In this document: one piece after another, positions 22,797 to 30,922 of the stretch | How the letters are laid out: each line of letters starts with the position of its first letter | How positions within the stretch are numbered: the stretch's first letter is position 1 | DNA from: Candidatus Saccharimonadota bacterium | GTDB lineage: Archaea; Micrarchaeota; Micrarchaeia; Micrarchaeales; Micrarchaeaceae | NCBI GenBank assembly: GCA_963698035.1 | Contig: OY969114.1 | Location: 690,001 to 722,000, forward strand | Reading direction: 5' to 3' | DNA: 32,000 bases | Notes under the pieces: model-generated | Told to the model about the DNA's origin: nothing | The model's input: the letters and a program-made list of their open reading frames with translations, nothing else | Database searches by the model: none | Translations under genes and position numbers: made by a program

Positions 22797-24066
22797 GGAA
22801 GTGGCTTGCGCAGCTCATGCACGGGTCGTACGCCCTTATCACTTTCTCTATCTCGTACTCTATCTGTTTCTTATCCTTATCAAGGTTCTGCTCCACAACC
22901 TGGCCTACGCTTTTTTCCATGCAGATCTGGTTCTGCTGTGTCGGCACTATTATCCTTCCGTCCACTACCTTCCCCGCATTGTCTATGTCAAGCATGTAGT
23001 ATAGTGTGCCCCTTGGCGCCTCCAGGAGCGCAACACCCTTCCCCGCCCCGATCTTCACAGGGGCCGCATTCTCCTCCTTGAAATCCACCGTCTCAAGGGT
23101 CTCGATGGAGCTGTCTATGCAATTGAGTACCTCTATAGCCTGTGCAAGGTTGTTATGGTAGATGTTCTTTGATGGAAATGCCCCAAGGTACTCCTGCACG
23201 TCGCCTTTCGTGTCCTTGTGCAGGCTCTTTTTGTTCAGGTTCATCCTCGCCAATGCGCCGACTATGAATTCTTCCCCTTCGAATTCGTATCCGGCGGCCT
23301 CGGAATAGGGTATGATCACCTGCTTCAGGTAATCCATATACTCATTTTCCTTGATGCTCTCGCCTTTTGAGTCCTCCACATGGCCGCCTATGAAGGAGTA
23401 GTCGTCATTTATCAAAGATACGAAATTTGTATCACGCTCAAGGCGGAAACCGCAGTTGTAGAATATTCCTATGAAATCTAGGGCATGCCCCCTGGCATCC
23501 TTGAGCTCCTTGATGGTGGCGTCAACCACCTCCTTTGTGGGAATGTGCGCAAACCTTCCAACTTCCGCGAACGTTGCGTGTATGGCCCTGCCCGCTATCG
23601 CCTTTGAAAGGTTGTTCCCAGCGCTCTTAACTTCGAATGCATTCCTAATCAATTCCTGCTGCGAATCATCAAAATCGAGAACAGAGTCCTTGCCGTAGAT
23701 GTCAGGCAGGCAGAACAGGTACAGATGCATGGCATGGTCGCGTATCATCATGCCGTTCATCGATAGTTTTCTTAGCGTGATCGTCTGGTCGCTCGGCACA
23801 TAACCAAAGGCCCTCTCGACAGCTTCAGAACAACAAGAGAGGTGCGCGATGCTGCAGGTCCCGCATATCCTCGACGTCATTGTCGGCAGCGCGATTGCGG
23901 ACTTGCCCCTTATCGCCTGTGTGTAGAACCTTTTGCTTTCCAGGATCTTGAGCTTGACATATTTCACCTTATTATCCTCTATCTTGATGGCCAGGCTACC
24001 ATGGCCCTCGATCTTGGAAATGTTATCAAGTCTTATATCATCAGTACTATGCACCCACAACACCAA
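22777..24066 (-). CDS. [NiFe] hydrogenase large subunit (group-3-like)
   Basis: N-terminal motif RICGTCSIAH and C-terminal DPCMSCASH, followed by the 7-aa tail FLKINWR. ISKIEGHG near the N-terminus. 429 aa. Confidence 0.88.
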   Translation of the reverse strand: MVLWVHSTDDIRLDNISKIEGHGSLAIKIEDNKVKYVKLKILESKRFYTQAIRGKSAIALPTMTSRICGTCSIAHLSCCSEAVERAFGYVPSDQTITLRKLSMNGMMIRDHAMHLYLFCLPDIYGKDSVLDFDDSQQELIRNAFEVKSAGNNLSKAIAGRAIHATFAEVGRFAHIPTKEVVDATIKELKDARGHALDFIGIFYNCGFRLERDTNFVSLINDDYSFIGGHVEDSKGESIKENEYMDYLKQVIIPYSEAAGYEFEGEEFIVGALARMNLNKKSLHKDTKGDVQEYLGAFPSKNIYHNNLAQAIEVLNCIDSSIETLETVDFKEENAAPVKIGAGKGVALLEAPRGTLYYMLDIDNAGKVVDGRIIVPTQQNQICMEKSVGQVVEQNLDKDKKQIEYEIEKVIRAYDPCMSCASHFLKINWR

Positions 24067-24535
24067 ATTCTTTCAAATATTTGTCTAGTATTTTCAGGAA
24101 CATGTCCTCTTCCATAGGGCAGCCCTCAACCACATCATCGACCTGCACTATCTCGCCGACCTTCCTGACTTTATCCGTCTGCTTGAATCGTTTTATCAGG
24201 AACTCTACCTCATTTTTGAGTTCGTCATTGAACACGTTCCTCTGTGCAGCCGGCATGCCGTTGATTGCGCAGGAGCCAATGGCGACCAATTTTTTCGAGT
24301 TCTTCCTTATCTCTCTCAGTTTTCTCGCGTCGCTCTCTGTTGTTATCGCGCCCTCCACAAACGCAACGTCAATGTCTTCCAGCACGTTGTTCTTCTTGAG
24401 AACCCTTGCGTGCTTTATCTCAATAAGGTCCTTCCACTTGAAGAAGTTCTGGTTCATCAGCTCTATCCAGACCATGGTGCTGTCCTCGCAACAGGTAAAG
24501 GAAAACCATCCAATCTTCAGCCTCTTCTTCTCCAT
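24047..24535 (-). CDS. [NiFe] hydrogenase small subunit, short form (proximal-cluster domain only)
   Basis: KIGWFSFTCCEDS ... AIGSCAINGMP ... VEGCPMEE. ATG 24535 (MEKKRLKIGWF) is preferred because TTTATA at 24559-24564 lies about 29 nt upstream (leaderless). The track start is 24592. Confidence 0.8.
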   Translation of the reverse strand: MEKKRLKIGWFSFTCCEDSTMVWIELMNQNFFKWKDLIEIKHARVLKKNNVLEDIDVAFVEGAITTESDARKLREIRKNSKKLVAIGSCAINGMPAAQRNVFNDELKNEVEFLIKRFKQTDKVRKVGEIVQVDDVVEGCPMEEDMFLKILDKYLKEFGVVGA

Positions 24536-24558
24536 AATATGAAATGTTGTCAAAACGC

Positions 24559-24564
24559 TATAAA
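24559..24564 (-). promoter_or_regulatory. TATA box of the hydrogenase structural operon
   Basis: The minus strand reads GGTTTATAGCG, about 29 nt upstream of ATG 24535. Confidence 0.45.
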
Positions 24565-24637
24565 CCTTCGCACGTTCATAAGAAGCATACAAATGTGAAC
24601 CACAATCGTTTTAAATTACAACTACCCATTCCAACAT

Positions 24638-25051
24638 ATGGTGGAGAAAAAAGTGGCAAGGGTATTCGGCTATGAGCTGCTGCTTGATTGTTATGATTGC
24701 AAGCCCGAAGTATGCGGCAATCTTGACCATTGCTACAGCTATCTGAACAACATGGTTGATTTCATAGGCATGAAAAAACAGTCGCCTCCATCTATCTTCA
24801 GGACTGATAGGAAATCCTTCCCAGACAAAGCCGGGCTAAGCGGATGGGTGCCGCTGGCAGACTCCTCAATAGTAATCCACACCCTGTCGAAGAAGAACTT
24901 CATAAGCATAGACATATACAGTTGCAAGGCCTACAGCGAAGAAAAAGCAATAAGATTTACCAAAAGGTATTTTGAGCCGAAGAGGATAGAAAAGCAGTTC
25001 ATTCTCCGCGGAAAGCATTACTTTGATGCTTATAAGAGAAAGGAGAAATAA
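24638..25051 (+). CDS. speH: Pyruvoyl-dependent S-adenosylmethionine decarboxylase proenzyme (SpeH/SpeD-like)
   Basis: GLSGWVPLADSSIVIHTLSKKNFISIDIYSCK matches the self-cleavage (E/D-S) and HT...D..(S/T)C pattern of the small AdoMetDC family. TATA-like TTTAAATT lies about 28 nt upstream. Confidence 0.7.
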   Translation: MVEKKVARVFGYELLLDCYDCKPEVCGNLDHCYSYLNNMVDFIGMKKQSPPSIFRTDRKSFPDKAGLSGWVPLADSSIVIHTLSKKNFISIDIYSCKAYSEEKAIRFTKRYFEPKRIEKQFILRGKHYFDAYKRKEK

Positions 25052-25103
25052 GCGGTTGAAACCTTATTTCATCACAACGGGCGCTTCTAGGAAATCCCTG
25101 CAA

Positions 25104-25120
25104 TGAAAGATATAAATATA
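25104..25120 (+). promoter_or_regulatory. BRE/TATA box
   Basis: GAAAGATATAAATATAC. The TATAAATA at 25111-25118 is 41 nt upstream of ATG 25152. Confidence 0.55.
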
Positions 25121-25151
25121 CAGAAAGTGTAGATGAAAATAGGGGACAGGA

Positions 25152-25613
25152 ATGAGTGAAGGAAACACGATGCTGAAGGCGCACGAAATAATGAGTTGCC
25201 CTGTTATTACCTCTCACGAGGACGATGATCTCAAGAGCATAGCAACCAAGATGAAAAAGTACGACATCGCTTGCGTCGTAATACTAAACAATAGCGAAAA
25301 GCCCACTGGCGTCGTGACGCAAGGAGACATAATAAAGAGGGTTGCCGAAAAGCCTAAGGGAGCCATATACAAGATGAAAGCAAAGAATATAATGAGCAAG
25401 CCGTTAAGATATATAGAAGAGAGACAGGATCTTGAGGATGCAGCAAGGCTGATGATGAAATACAAGATAAAAAGGCTTTGCGTATTGGACAGGGAAAAGA
25501 AGCTTGTGGGCATAATCACCGACAATGATGTAATGAAGAACGCGCTCTTCATGGTCGATATTGCAAATGCTACCGAACTTATAGGAGAAATGATAAATAA
25601 CAGAGATCGCTAA
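25152..25613 (+). CDS. CBS-domain pair protein
   Basis: Two CBS repeats: IMSCPVITSHEDDDLKSIATKMKKYDIACVVIL...GVVTQGDII and IMSKPLRYIEERQDLEDAARLMMKYKIKRLCVLD...GIITDNDV. Confidence 0.8.
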   Translation: MSEGNTMLKAHEIMSCPVITSHEDDDLKSIATKMKKYDIACVVILNNSEKPTGVVTQGDIIKRVAEKPKGAIYKMKAKNIMSKPLRYIEERQDLEDAARLMMKYKIKRLCVLDREKKLVGIITDNDVMKNALFMVDIANATELIGEMINNRDR

Positions 25614-25738
25614 CCCTGTTATCTCGTATGGGAAAGCCTCCCGATTGCTTATTCTGCAGGTCGTTTTAACTTCTAGGGAGTTCCCAGCGACTGGTTCACG
25701 AATCCAAATATATTATTTTTCGTTTCTTTTTGTCTCAT

Positions 25739-28735
25739 ATGAATTTCCAAAGATTTAAATATGTGGCTGCATTAATCCAATCCATGGGGTTGAAGGCGAC
25801 AGAAGTCGTACCTCTTCGAGCAGAGGCTCAGGTTGTACCTCTTCCTGTGCATGCAGTTCAGCAAACTTCTTTTGAAAACCATGCGGGCTCTCAAACCAAA
25901 CTTATCAGGATCTGGTCGGTAGGACCTTCCGGAGGGGGTACGGATTACTTCGGCAGAGACAACATGATTGGCCTGTCAAGCTTCCTGAGGGACCGGATAT
26001 CAAACGGGGCAGCGCCCCATCTAATAGCGCAGAACGGCGGGATACTTCCAGAGATTCCGATGTTCGTAACAAGGGGCGGGATGCACAAGCTGCTTGCGCT
26101 TGAGGGGTTCGTCTCGACGCTCGATGAGGCGGTCGTCGCGACCAAGCCCTATTTCAGCAGGATGATGGACCAGTTGAACAGGAGGGACCTTGACACCCAG
26201 ATAGCATACATAATGGATCAAAGCGACACCCAGAACATACTAAGGGAATATGATCTTGTAATAATGGCGTTCAAGACCGCGCCAGAGCAGTTGCTCACAA
26301 TGAGGAGCAAATACGGGAGCCTTACAGAAGATCTCGAACTGAAAATAAGTAGCATAGAGGAAACCAAGCAAAAGTACCGGGGCGAGCTCGAACGTCTGGA
26401 GGAGAAGATCGCGAAATTGCCGGGAAGCGAGCATCCCGTGCTGCAGAAAGGCGTGGGCAACTACAAGAGGGACATAAGGCGGATGGGAGAGAAGGTGGCC
26501 GAGATAGGGGAAGAGCGCCAGGACTACGGGGGCATACTTGATCTGTATACAGACCTGTTCAAAATGTGGATAAAAGACAACAACATAACCAACATACACG
26601 TGCTGGAGGATAAGTTTGGTGACTTAATACTTGATGATTACGACCTTTACAAACAATGCGAGAAGGAGTGCAAGAAGGTGCGCAAAGAGGCCGCTGTGGA
26701 GTGGCAGAAGAGGATCGATGAGGACATGGCGGCGTACAGGAAGAAGATAGCGGAGATCGACAAGGACGACCCGATCCAGAGCGCGAGGCTAAAACACCTG
26801 ACCGAGCTGGTGCAGGGGCTGGGCAACGTAAAGACAAAGCTTGAGCACCGGGGGTTGGATAAGGCAAGAGAGGAAGCCGAGCGGGAGGCGCAAAAGGGGA
26901 TAGAGTCGACGTCGCACATCACGCACAATATAGCAGGCACGAAAATGCTCGCTGATCTCGCGAACCGCATAGCGCTCGACACGATAAAGGCGAACATAAG
27001 GGACGTTTATGGAAGGAGACGAACCATACAGATAGTTGACGAAAACTCAGCAGTTGTGGATGTAAAGGGCCTCCACGTAAAGCTGACCAACAAACCCTCA
27101 AACACATCCGGGATGTTTACCAAGGATGACAGTAGGGAGCTTGGAAGGCTGTTGGCGCTGAGCAGGGGCGAGCAGTTCTCAATGGTGATTGGCGCAAGAA
27201 GCGCATACGGCAGGTACACCATAGTGCCGGTGCAGAATGGCAGCGAGGACTTCATACACCTGGTGACAACGCCGCCGTTCATAGATAGAAAGGCGGGGAA
27301 GGGGGTTTGGAACAGGAAGATAAAAACGGCTTTCACGGAGGCCATTGGCAAGGGCAACATGAGCTCGGGTTTCGACCAGCTTGACTACAACCCCAGTAGC
27401 GGCCACGTAAAGCACACATTTATTACCTCCGAGTACATGGGAGTGTGCGCGGACAAGGAGAAAAGAAGGCAGGCGATGACGCTCGCAAAGGAGATAAGGG
27501 AGCTCGTGCCCTGGGAGCCCCCGGACGGCTATGTGATGGACGCTCGGGACAGGCTTCACGTAACACACAAGCTGCCGAGCGAGCTCAGGAAAAGGGAGTG
27601 GATGACAATACTGCTGTTACATGCCGGCGTAGACCCCGACGACACCAAGCTGAGAAAGCGGCTTGCCGATCACATAGAGCACCTCAAGTTCGATAGCGAC
27701 GATAAAAAGCTTGCGGCACCGCTTGCACTCCTCTCAAAATACATAGAACCATCGGGGGCGCCGTTGCACACTGCCGAAAAGGTCTCGTTCCTGATAGTGG
27801 CGGACCAGCACGTCGGATACCCCGGTATCGGAGTTTCGCAACTCGACCTGTTAAGGGCGCTGACAGCTTACGTGAAGGACAACGTGAAGACGCCGTTCTA
27901 CTTGGTGCTGCTCGGGGACAACATCGAGGGCAAACACCGATACATCCAGAACGAGATAAATGCCGAGAACGACCCGACAAACATGTACGAGTATGCAAAG
28001 TTCCTCAGGGTGAACGGGATACCTAAAACTGATTCAAGGTTCGAGGCAGAGATGGACAAATACCGCGCCCAGCTGCAGAAGAAGGCGCCGATCCCGTTCC
28101 TGGATAAGCAGCCAGACATATTCGCCAATGAGATAGCAGAACTTGCGAAACTGGCTGCCGGAGTGCTAATAGTCTCAGGAAACCACTGGAACAAGACATT
28201 CAAGGAAAAGGACATGACAGAAGCCGGAGTCCTCAAGCGCGCGATAGACGCGGTCCTGCCGGAGCACATGAGGGGCAAGGTTAAGATAGTGGACAGGGGC
28301 GGCGGCGACTACGGATGGGGGACCGCAAAGCTCGGGGATGCCCCGCAGATAAGGCTTTCCCACAAGGGCACGCCGGAAGACCTGGTGGCAAAGCTCAACG
28401 CGCCGGAGTGGCTGCAGATGAAGGCAGACCTGCACAAGCACGAAGACCAGGTCATAGATAACCGCTTTGTGGTGACAGGGTTGCACGGTCAGGGAGAAAC
28501 TACGTACGCACAGTCGATATACATACCGGTGAGCCCCTCACTCCGGGGAGCATCATTCGTTGAGATGACCTACAGCAACGTAACCAAGATGCCGCTCGCT
28601 TTCTCATCGGAAGCCATCACGATACCCGAGCTGAAGCAGAGAGGCTATCTCAAGGAGAGCCAGCAGATAAGAGCGTTCGAACACCTGTTGACGACCCCAG
28701 AACTGCCGCTCAAGAAGATGACCGTGAAGGTATAG
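25739..28735 (+). CDS. Large (~1,000 aa) protein: coiled-coil N-terminal half with degenerate ABC/SMC-head-like strings, and a C-terminal calcineurin-like metallophosphoesterase (Mre11/SbcD-like motif set)
   Basis: Residue numbers follow the track ORF. MPE motifs: ADQH (692-694), LLGDNIE (729-730), SGNHW (817-819), LSHKG (878), LHKHE (902-904). Charged heptad-like segments at about 196-262 and 306-390. ATG 25739 is preferred because AAATATATTA lies about 30 nt upstream. Confidence 0.75.
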   Translation: MNFQRFKYVAALIQSMGLKATEVVPLRAEAQVVPLPVHAVQQTSFENHAGSQTKLIRIWSVGPSGGGTDYFGRDNMIGLSSFLRDRISNGAAPHLIAQNGGILPEIPMFVTRGGMHKLLALEGFVSTLDEAVVATKPYFSRMMDQLNRRDLDTQIAYIMDQSDTQNILREYDLVIMAFKTAPEQLLTMRSKYGSLTEDLELKISSIEETKQKYRGELERLEEKIAKLPGSEHPVLQKGVGNYKRDIRRMGEKVAEIGEERQDYGGILDLYTDLFKMWIKDNNITNIHVLEDKFGDLILDDYDLYKQCEKECKKVRKEAAVEWQKRIDEDMAAYRKKIAEIDKDDPIQSARLKHLTELVQGLGNVKTKLEHRGLDKAREEAEREAQKGIESTSHITHNIAGTKMLADLANRIALDTIKANIRDVYGRRRTIQIVDENSAVVDVKGLHVKLTNKPSNTSGMFTKDDSRELGRLLALSRGEQFSMVIGARSAYGRYTIVPVQNGSEDFIHLVTTPPFIDRKAGKGVWNRKIKTAFTEAIGKGNMSSGFDQLDYNPSSGHVKHTFITSEYMGVCADKEKRRQAMTLAKEIRELVPWEPPDGYVMDARDRLHVTHKLPSELRKREWMTILLLHAGVDPDDTKLRKRLADHIEHLKFDSDDKKLAAPLALLSKYIEPSGAPLHTAEKVSFLIVADQHVGYPGIGVSQLDLLRALTAYVKDNVKTPFYLVLLGDNIEGKHRYIQNEINAENDPTNMYEYAKFLRVNGIPKTDSRFEAEMDKYRAQLQKKAPIPFLDKQPDIFANEIAELAKLAAGVLIVSGNHWNKTFKEKDMTEAGVLKRAIDAVLPEHMRGKVKIVDRGGGDYGWGTAKLGDAPQIRLSHKGTPEDLVAKLNAPEWLQMKADLHKHEDQVIDNRFVVTGLHGQGETTYAQSIYIPVSPSLRGASFVEMTYSNVTKMPLAFSSEAITIPELKQRGYLKESQQIRAFEHLLTTPELPLKKMTVKV

Positions 28736-28814
28736 CCCGGGCGTCTTCATTTTCGAATTGTACAGCCAGGAAATGGCGAGCCCGCAAATATTGGCATGTG
28801 GGTTTGTCGACAGC

Positions 28815-28920
28815 AACCTAAACAGGCTTTGCACTTAAAGTAGCACTTGCACTTTTAATAGCAATCTTGCATTTTTATCATTCATATTTATGACTTAAAA
28901 GTGCAAAGCCACCTAAACAA
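28815..28920. promoter_or_regulatory. Inverted-repeat / iteron array (TTGCAC-type boxes) flanked by ACCTAAACA direct repeats
   Basis: GGCTTTGCACTT at 28825-28836 has a perfect reverse complement at 28899-28910. Internal direct copies are CTTGCACTTTTAA (28846) and CTTGCATTTTTAT (28866), with 18-20 nt spacing. ACCTAAACA occurs at 28816 and 28911. Confidence 0.65.
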
Positions 28921-28955
28921 GAATGTTTAAATATCTGGAAAAACAGAGATAGACC

Positions 28956-29075
28956 ATGGCAACAAAACTCTCAAGCAGATTCGACCCTACGATGAGCCGA
29001 GACGAGATTGTGTCTGCGGGTGGAAGCGAAGAGCTCCCGCACTTTGAGGTGCATAAGCAACCTCAAAAAGTATAA
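28956..29075 (+). CDS. Possible 39-aa small protein
   Basis: MATKLSSRFDPTMSRDEIVSAGGSEELPHFEVHKQPQKV. TTTAAATATCT at 28926-28936 lies 30 nt upstream of the ATG (leaderless geometry). There is no other support. Confidence 0.3.
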   Translation: MATKLSSRFDPTMSRDEIVSAGGSEELPHFEVHKQPQKV

Positions 29076-29108
29076 GAACCTGGAAATATCTATAGCATAG
29101 GGCATTCA

Positions 29109-30158
29109 ATGGCAATCGAGATATCAATGGCGCGCACTCCACACAGGGTAAGCCTTGCAGGCGGTGCCACCGACATGGAGGAATTCTACAAGTCCCATCG
29201 CTACGGCGCAACCGTAGGAGTCGCTATAAAGCCGTTCAGCCAGGTCACAGTGACGACAAGGGACTGGGACGACAGCAACGTTATGGTAAGGTACTCAAGG
29301 ACATCGGAGGTAAATAGCATAGATGAGCTCGGTGAGGACCCTGCGCAAAGGTACATAAGGGAGGCTGCCAGGCTCGTAGGCGTGAACAGGGGATTCGAGC
29401 TGACGAGTCAGTCGGGGACCTCATACAGCAAGGGGGGAAGTGGCTTGGGCTCCAGCTCCTCGTTCAGCGCATCGCTGCTGCTTGCGCTGCACGCATTCAA
29501 GGGCGACAAATTTACAAGCGGCAGGCTAGACGTCGAGGAAAAGAAAGAGCTTGCCGAGGAAGCATACTACCTCGAAAGGCACCTGTTGGGCTATCACTGC
29601 GGCAAGCAGGACCAGTACACCTCCGTATTCGGAGGGATCCACTATTTCAGGTACAATAGCAACGGAAGCGTGGACGTTACTCCGATAGAACTTAGCGTTG
29701 AGAATAGGACAAGACTGTTTGGCCAGCTCCACCTCTTCTACACCGGCACGCACAGGTCTGCCGAGGAGATACTCAAGAGGCAGGCCGCGGGCGTTGGCGG
29801 CAACGCCTCCGCGCTGCTCAAAATCAGGGCGCTGGCAGATGAGACCTTCAAGAGGCTCCAGTCCGGCGAGGTAGACTTCATCGGGGAGTTTCTAGACAGG
29901 GGGTGGAAGCTGAAGCAGACTCTTGACCATAACATAACGAATCCGTCGATAGATAGGGCATACAAGGGCGCCATGTCAAAAGGCGCAACCGGAGGCAGGC
30001 TGATAGGCGCGGGAGCGGGAGGCTACCTTCTCCTGGCTGTGCCGCCGAGCTCCCACAACGCCGTTAGGAATTTTCTCAAGGGGGAGGGGATGCAGGAAAG
30101 GCCATTCACAATTGACAGGCTGGGAAGCAGGCTGCTGAAGTTTGACGAGGAGGAATAA
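29109..30158 (+). CDS. GHMP-family sugar kinase (COG2605 / heptose-7-phosphate-kinase- or fucokinase-like)
   Basis: RTPHRVSLAGGATDMEEFY, GHMP motif II GGSGLGSSSSFSAS, and motif III GRLIGAGAGGYLLL. Alternative start ATG 29127 (MARTPHRV) fits the AAATATCT box at 29084 better. Confidence 0.8.
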   Translation: MAIEISMARTPHRVSLAGGATDMEEFYKSHRYGATVGVAIKPFSQVTVTTRDWDDSNVMVRYSRTSEVNSIDELGEDPAQRYIREAARLVGVNRGFELTSQSGTSYSKGGSGLGSSSSFSASLLLALHAFKGDKFTSGRLDVEEKKELAEEAYYLERHLLGYHCGKQDQYTSVFGGIHYFRYNSNGSVDVTPIELSVENRTRLFGQLHLFYTGTHRSAEEILKRQAAGVGGNASALLKIRALADETFKRLQSGEVDFIGEFLDRGWKLKQTLDHNITNPSIDRAYKGAMSKGATGGRLIGAGAGGYLLLAVPPSSHNAVRNFLKGEGMQERPFTIDRLGSRLLKFDEEE

Positions 30159-30166
30159 TATAGCCT

Positions 30167-30922
30167 ATGCCGCCCCGGGCGGCCAGGCTATTTATTGATA
30201 GAAAAGTGAACCCCATGAGGTCCAGCAAAAATGTAACGCCAAAGTCCTTCATCCCGAACAAGGAGATCGAAAGAATAAGCATGGAGCCGATGTCGGGGCA
30301 GTACATGCTGATATTGAGGAGGGAGTCGGGCAGGGAAGCGCTCGAGGAGCTTAATTCTGACCAGAGGTGCAGGCTCTTCTTCAAGCTTGACGGCGACCGG
30401 GAGAGCAGATGCATACCTCTAAGGCGGTGCAGCGACGTTTACCCGACAATACTTGATGAATACATGGCAGTGAGAGAATTATACAGGATAGTGCCCGAGT
30501 TCACGCCAAGGCCGCTTGGCACGGTCCTTAGCGTGGCAGGCCGCATGGATGGATACTTTATGGAGAAGGTGGATGGAATAAGGCTGAGCACCGCTATCGG
30601 AATAGGGGATAAGCAAATGGTCAGCACTGCGACAGACATGATAGAATACCTAGCAAGGATACACACAAAAGGAATGGCGCACGGGGATTTCACCAGCCAA
30701 AACATGCTTCTCGCGCATTCTGCCGGTTCAAGGACCAAGGTGATAGACCCGGTCGGGTACCACAACTCCAGCGTCGGGATAGGCGGCAACTTGGCCGCGC
30801 ATGTAGATGTGCAGCTGTTCATGGGTCTGGTAACCGATGACATTAAGGACCTGAGGTCTGTTATGCGCTCCCTTATGCTAATGAATAAATTGGGGAAACC
30901 TGGGGAGGCACAACTGGCATAA
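30167..30922 (+). CDS. Protein-kinase-like fold phosphotransferase (Bud32/RIO/Kdo-kinase-like)
   Basis: Catalytic-loop string GMAHGDFTSQNMLL followed by KVIDPVGY. Hinge-like FMEKVDG. Starts 9 nt after the GHMP kinase stop. The true start may be internal (MEPMSGQYML). Confidence 0.6.
   Translation: MPPRAARLFIDRKVNPMRSSKNVTPKSFIPNKEIERISMEPMSGQYMLILRRESGREALEELNSDQRCRLFFKLDGDRESRCIPLRRCSDVYPTILDEYMAVRELYRIVPEFTPRPLGTVLSVAGRMDGYFMEKVDGIRLSTAIGIGDKQMVSTATDMIEYLARIHTKGMAHGDFTSQNMLLAHSAGSRTKVIDPVGYHNSSVGIGGNLAAHVDVQLFMGLVTDDIKDLRSVMRSLMLMNKLGKPGEAQLA

Noticed and set aside
25945-28486. Numerous 60-130-aa antisense or off-frame ORFs inside the 1,000-aa gene (e.g. 27445-27696, Arg-rich)
   Set aside because: They are nested in a long ORF with clear catalytic motifs. 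Their low-complexity Arg/Pro/Ser composition is typical of spurious frames.
28815-28920. Interpreting the inverted-repeat/AT-rich array as a replication origin
   Set aside because: The layout is suggestive, but the boxes do not match ORB/mini-ORB sequences I know. No orc1/cdc6 or other replication genes are adjacent, and it sits in a promoter-proximal position. I kept it only as a low-probability alternative.
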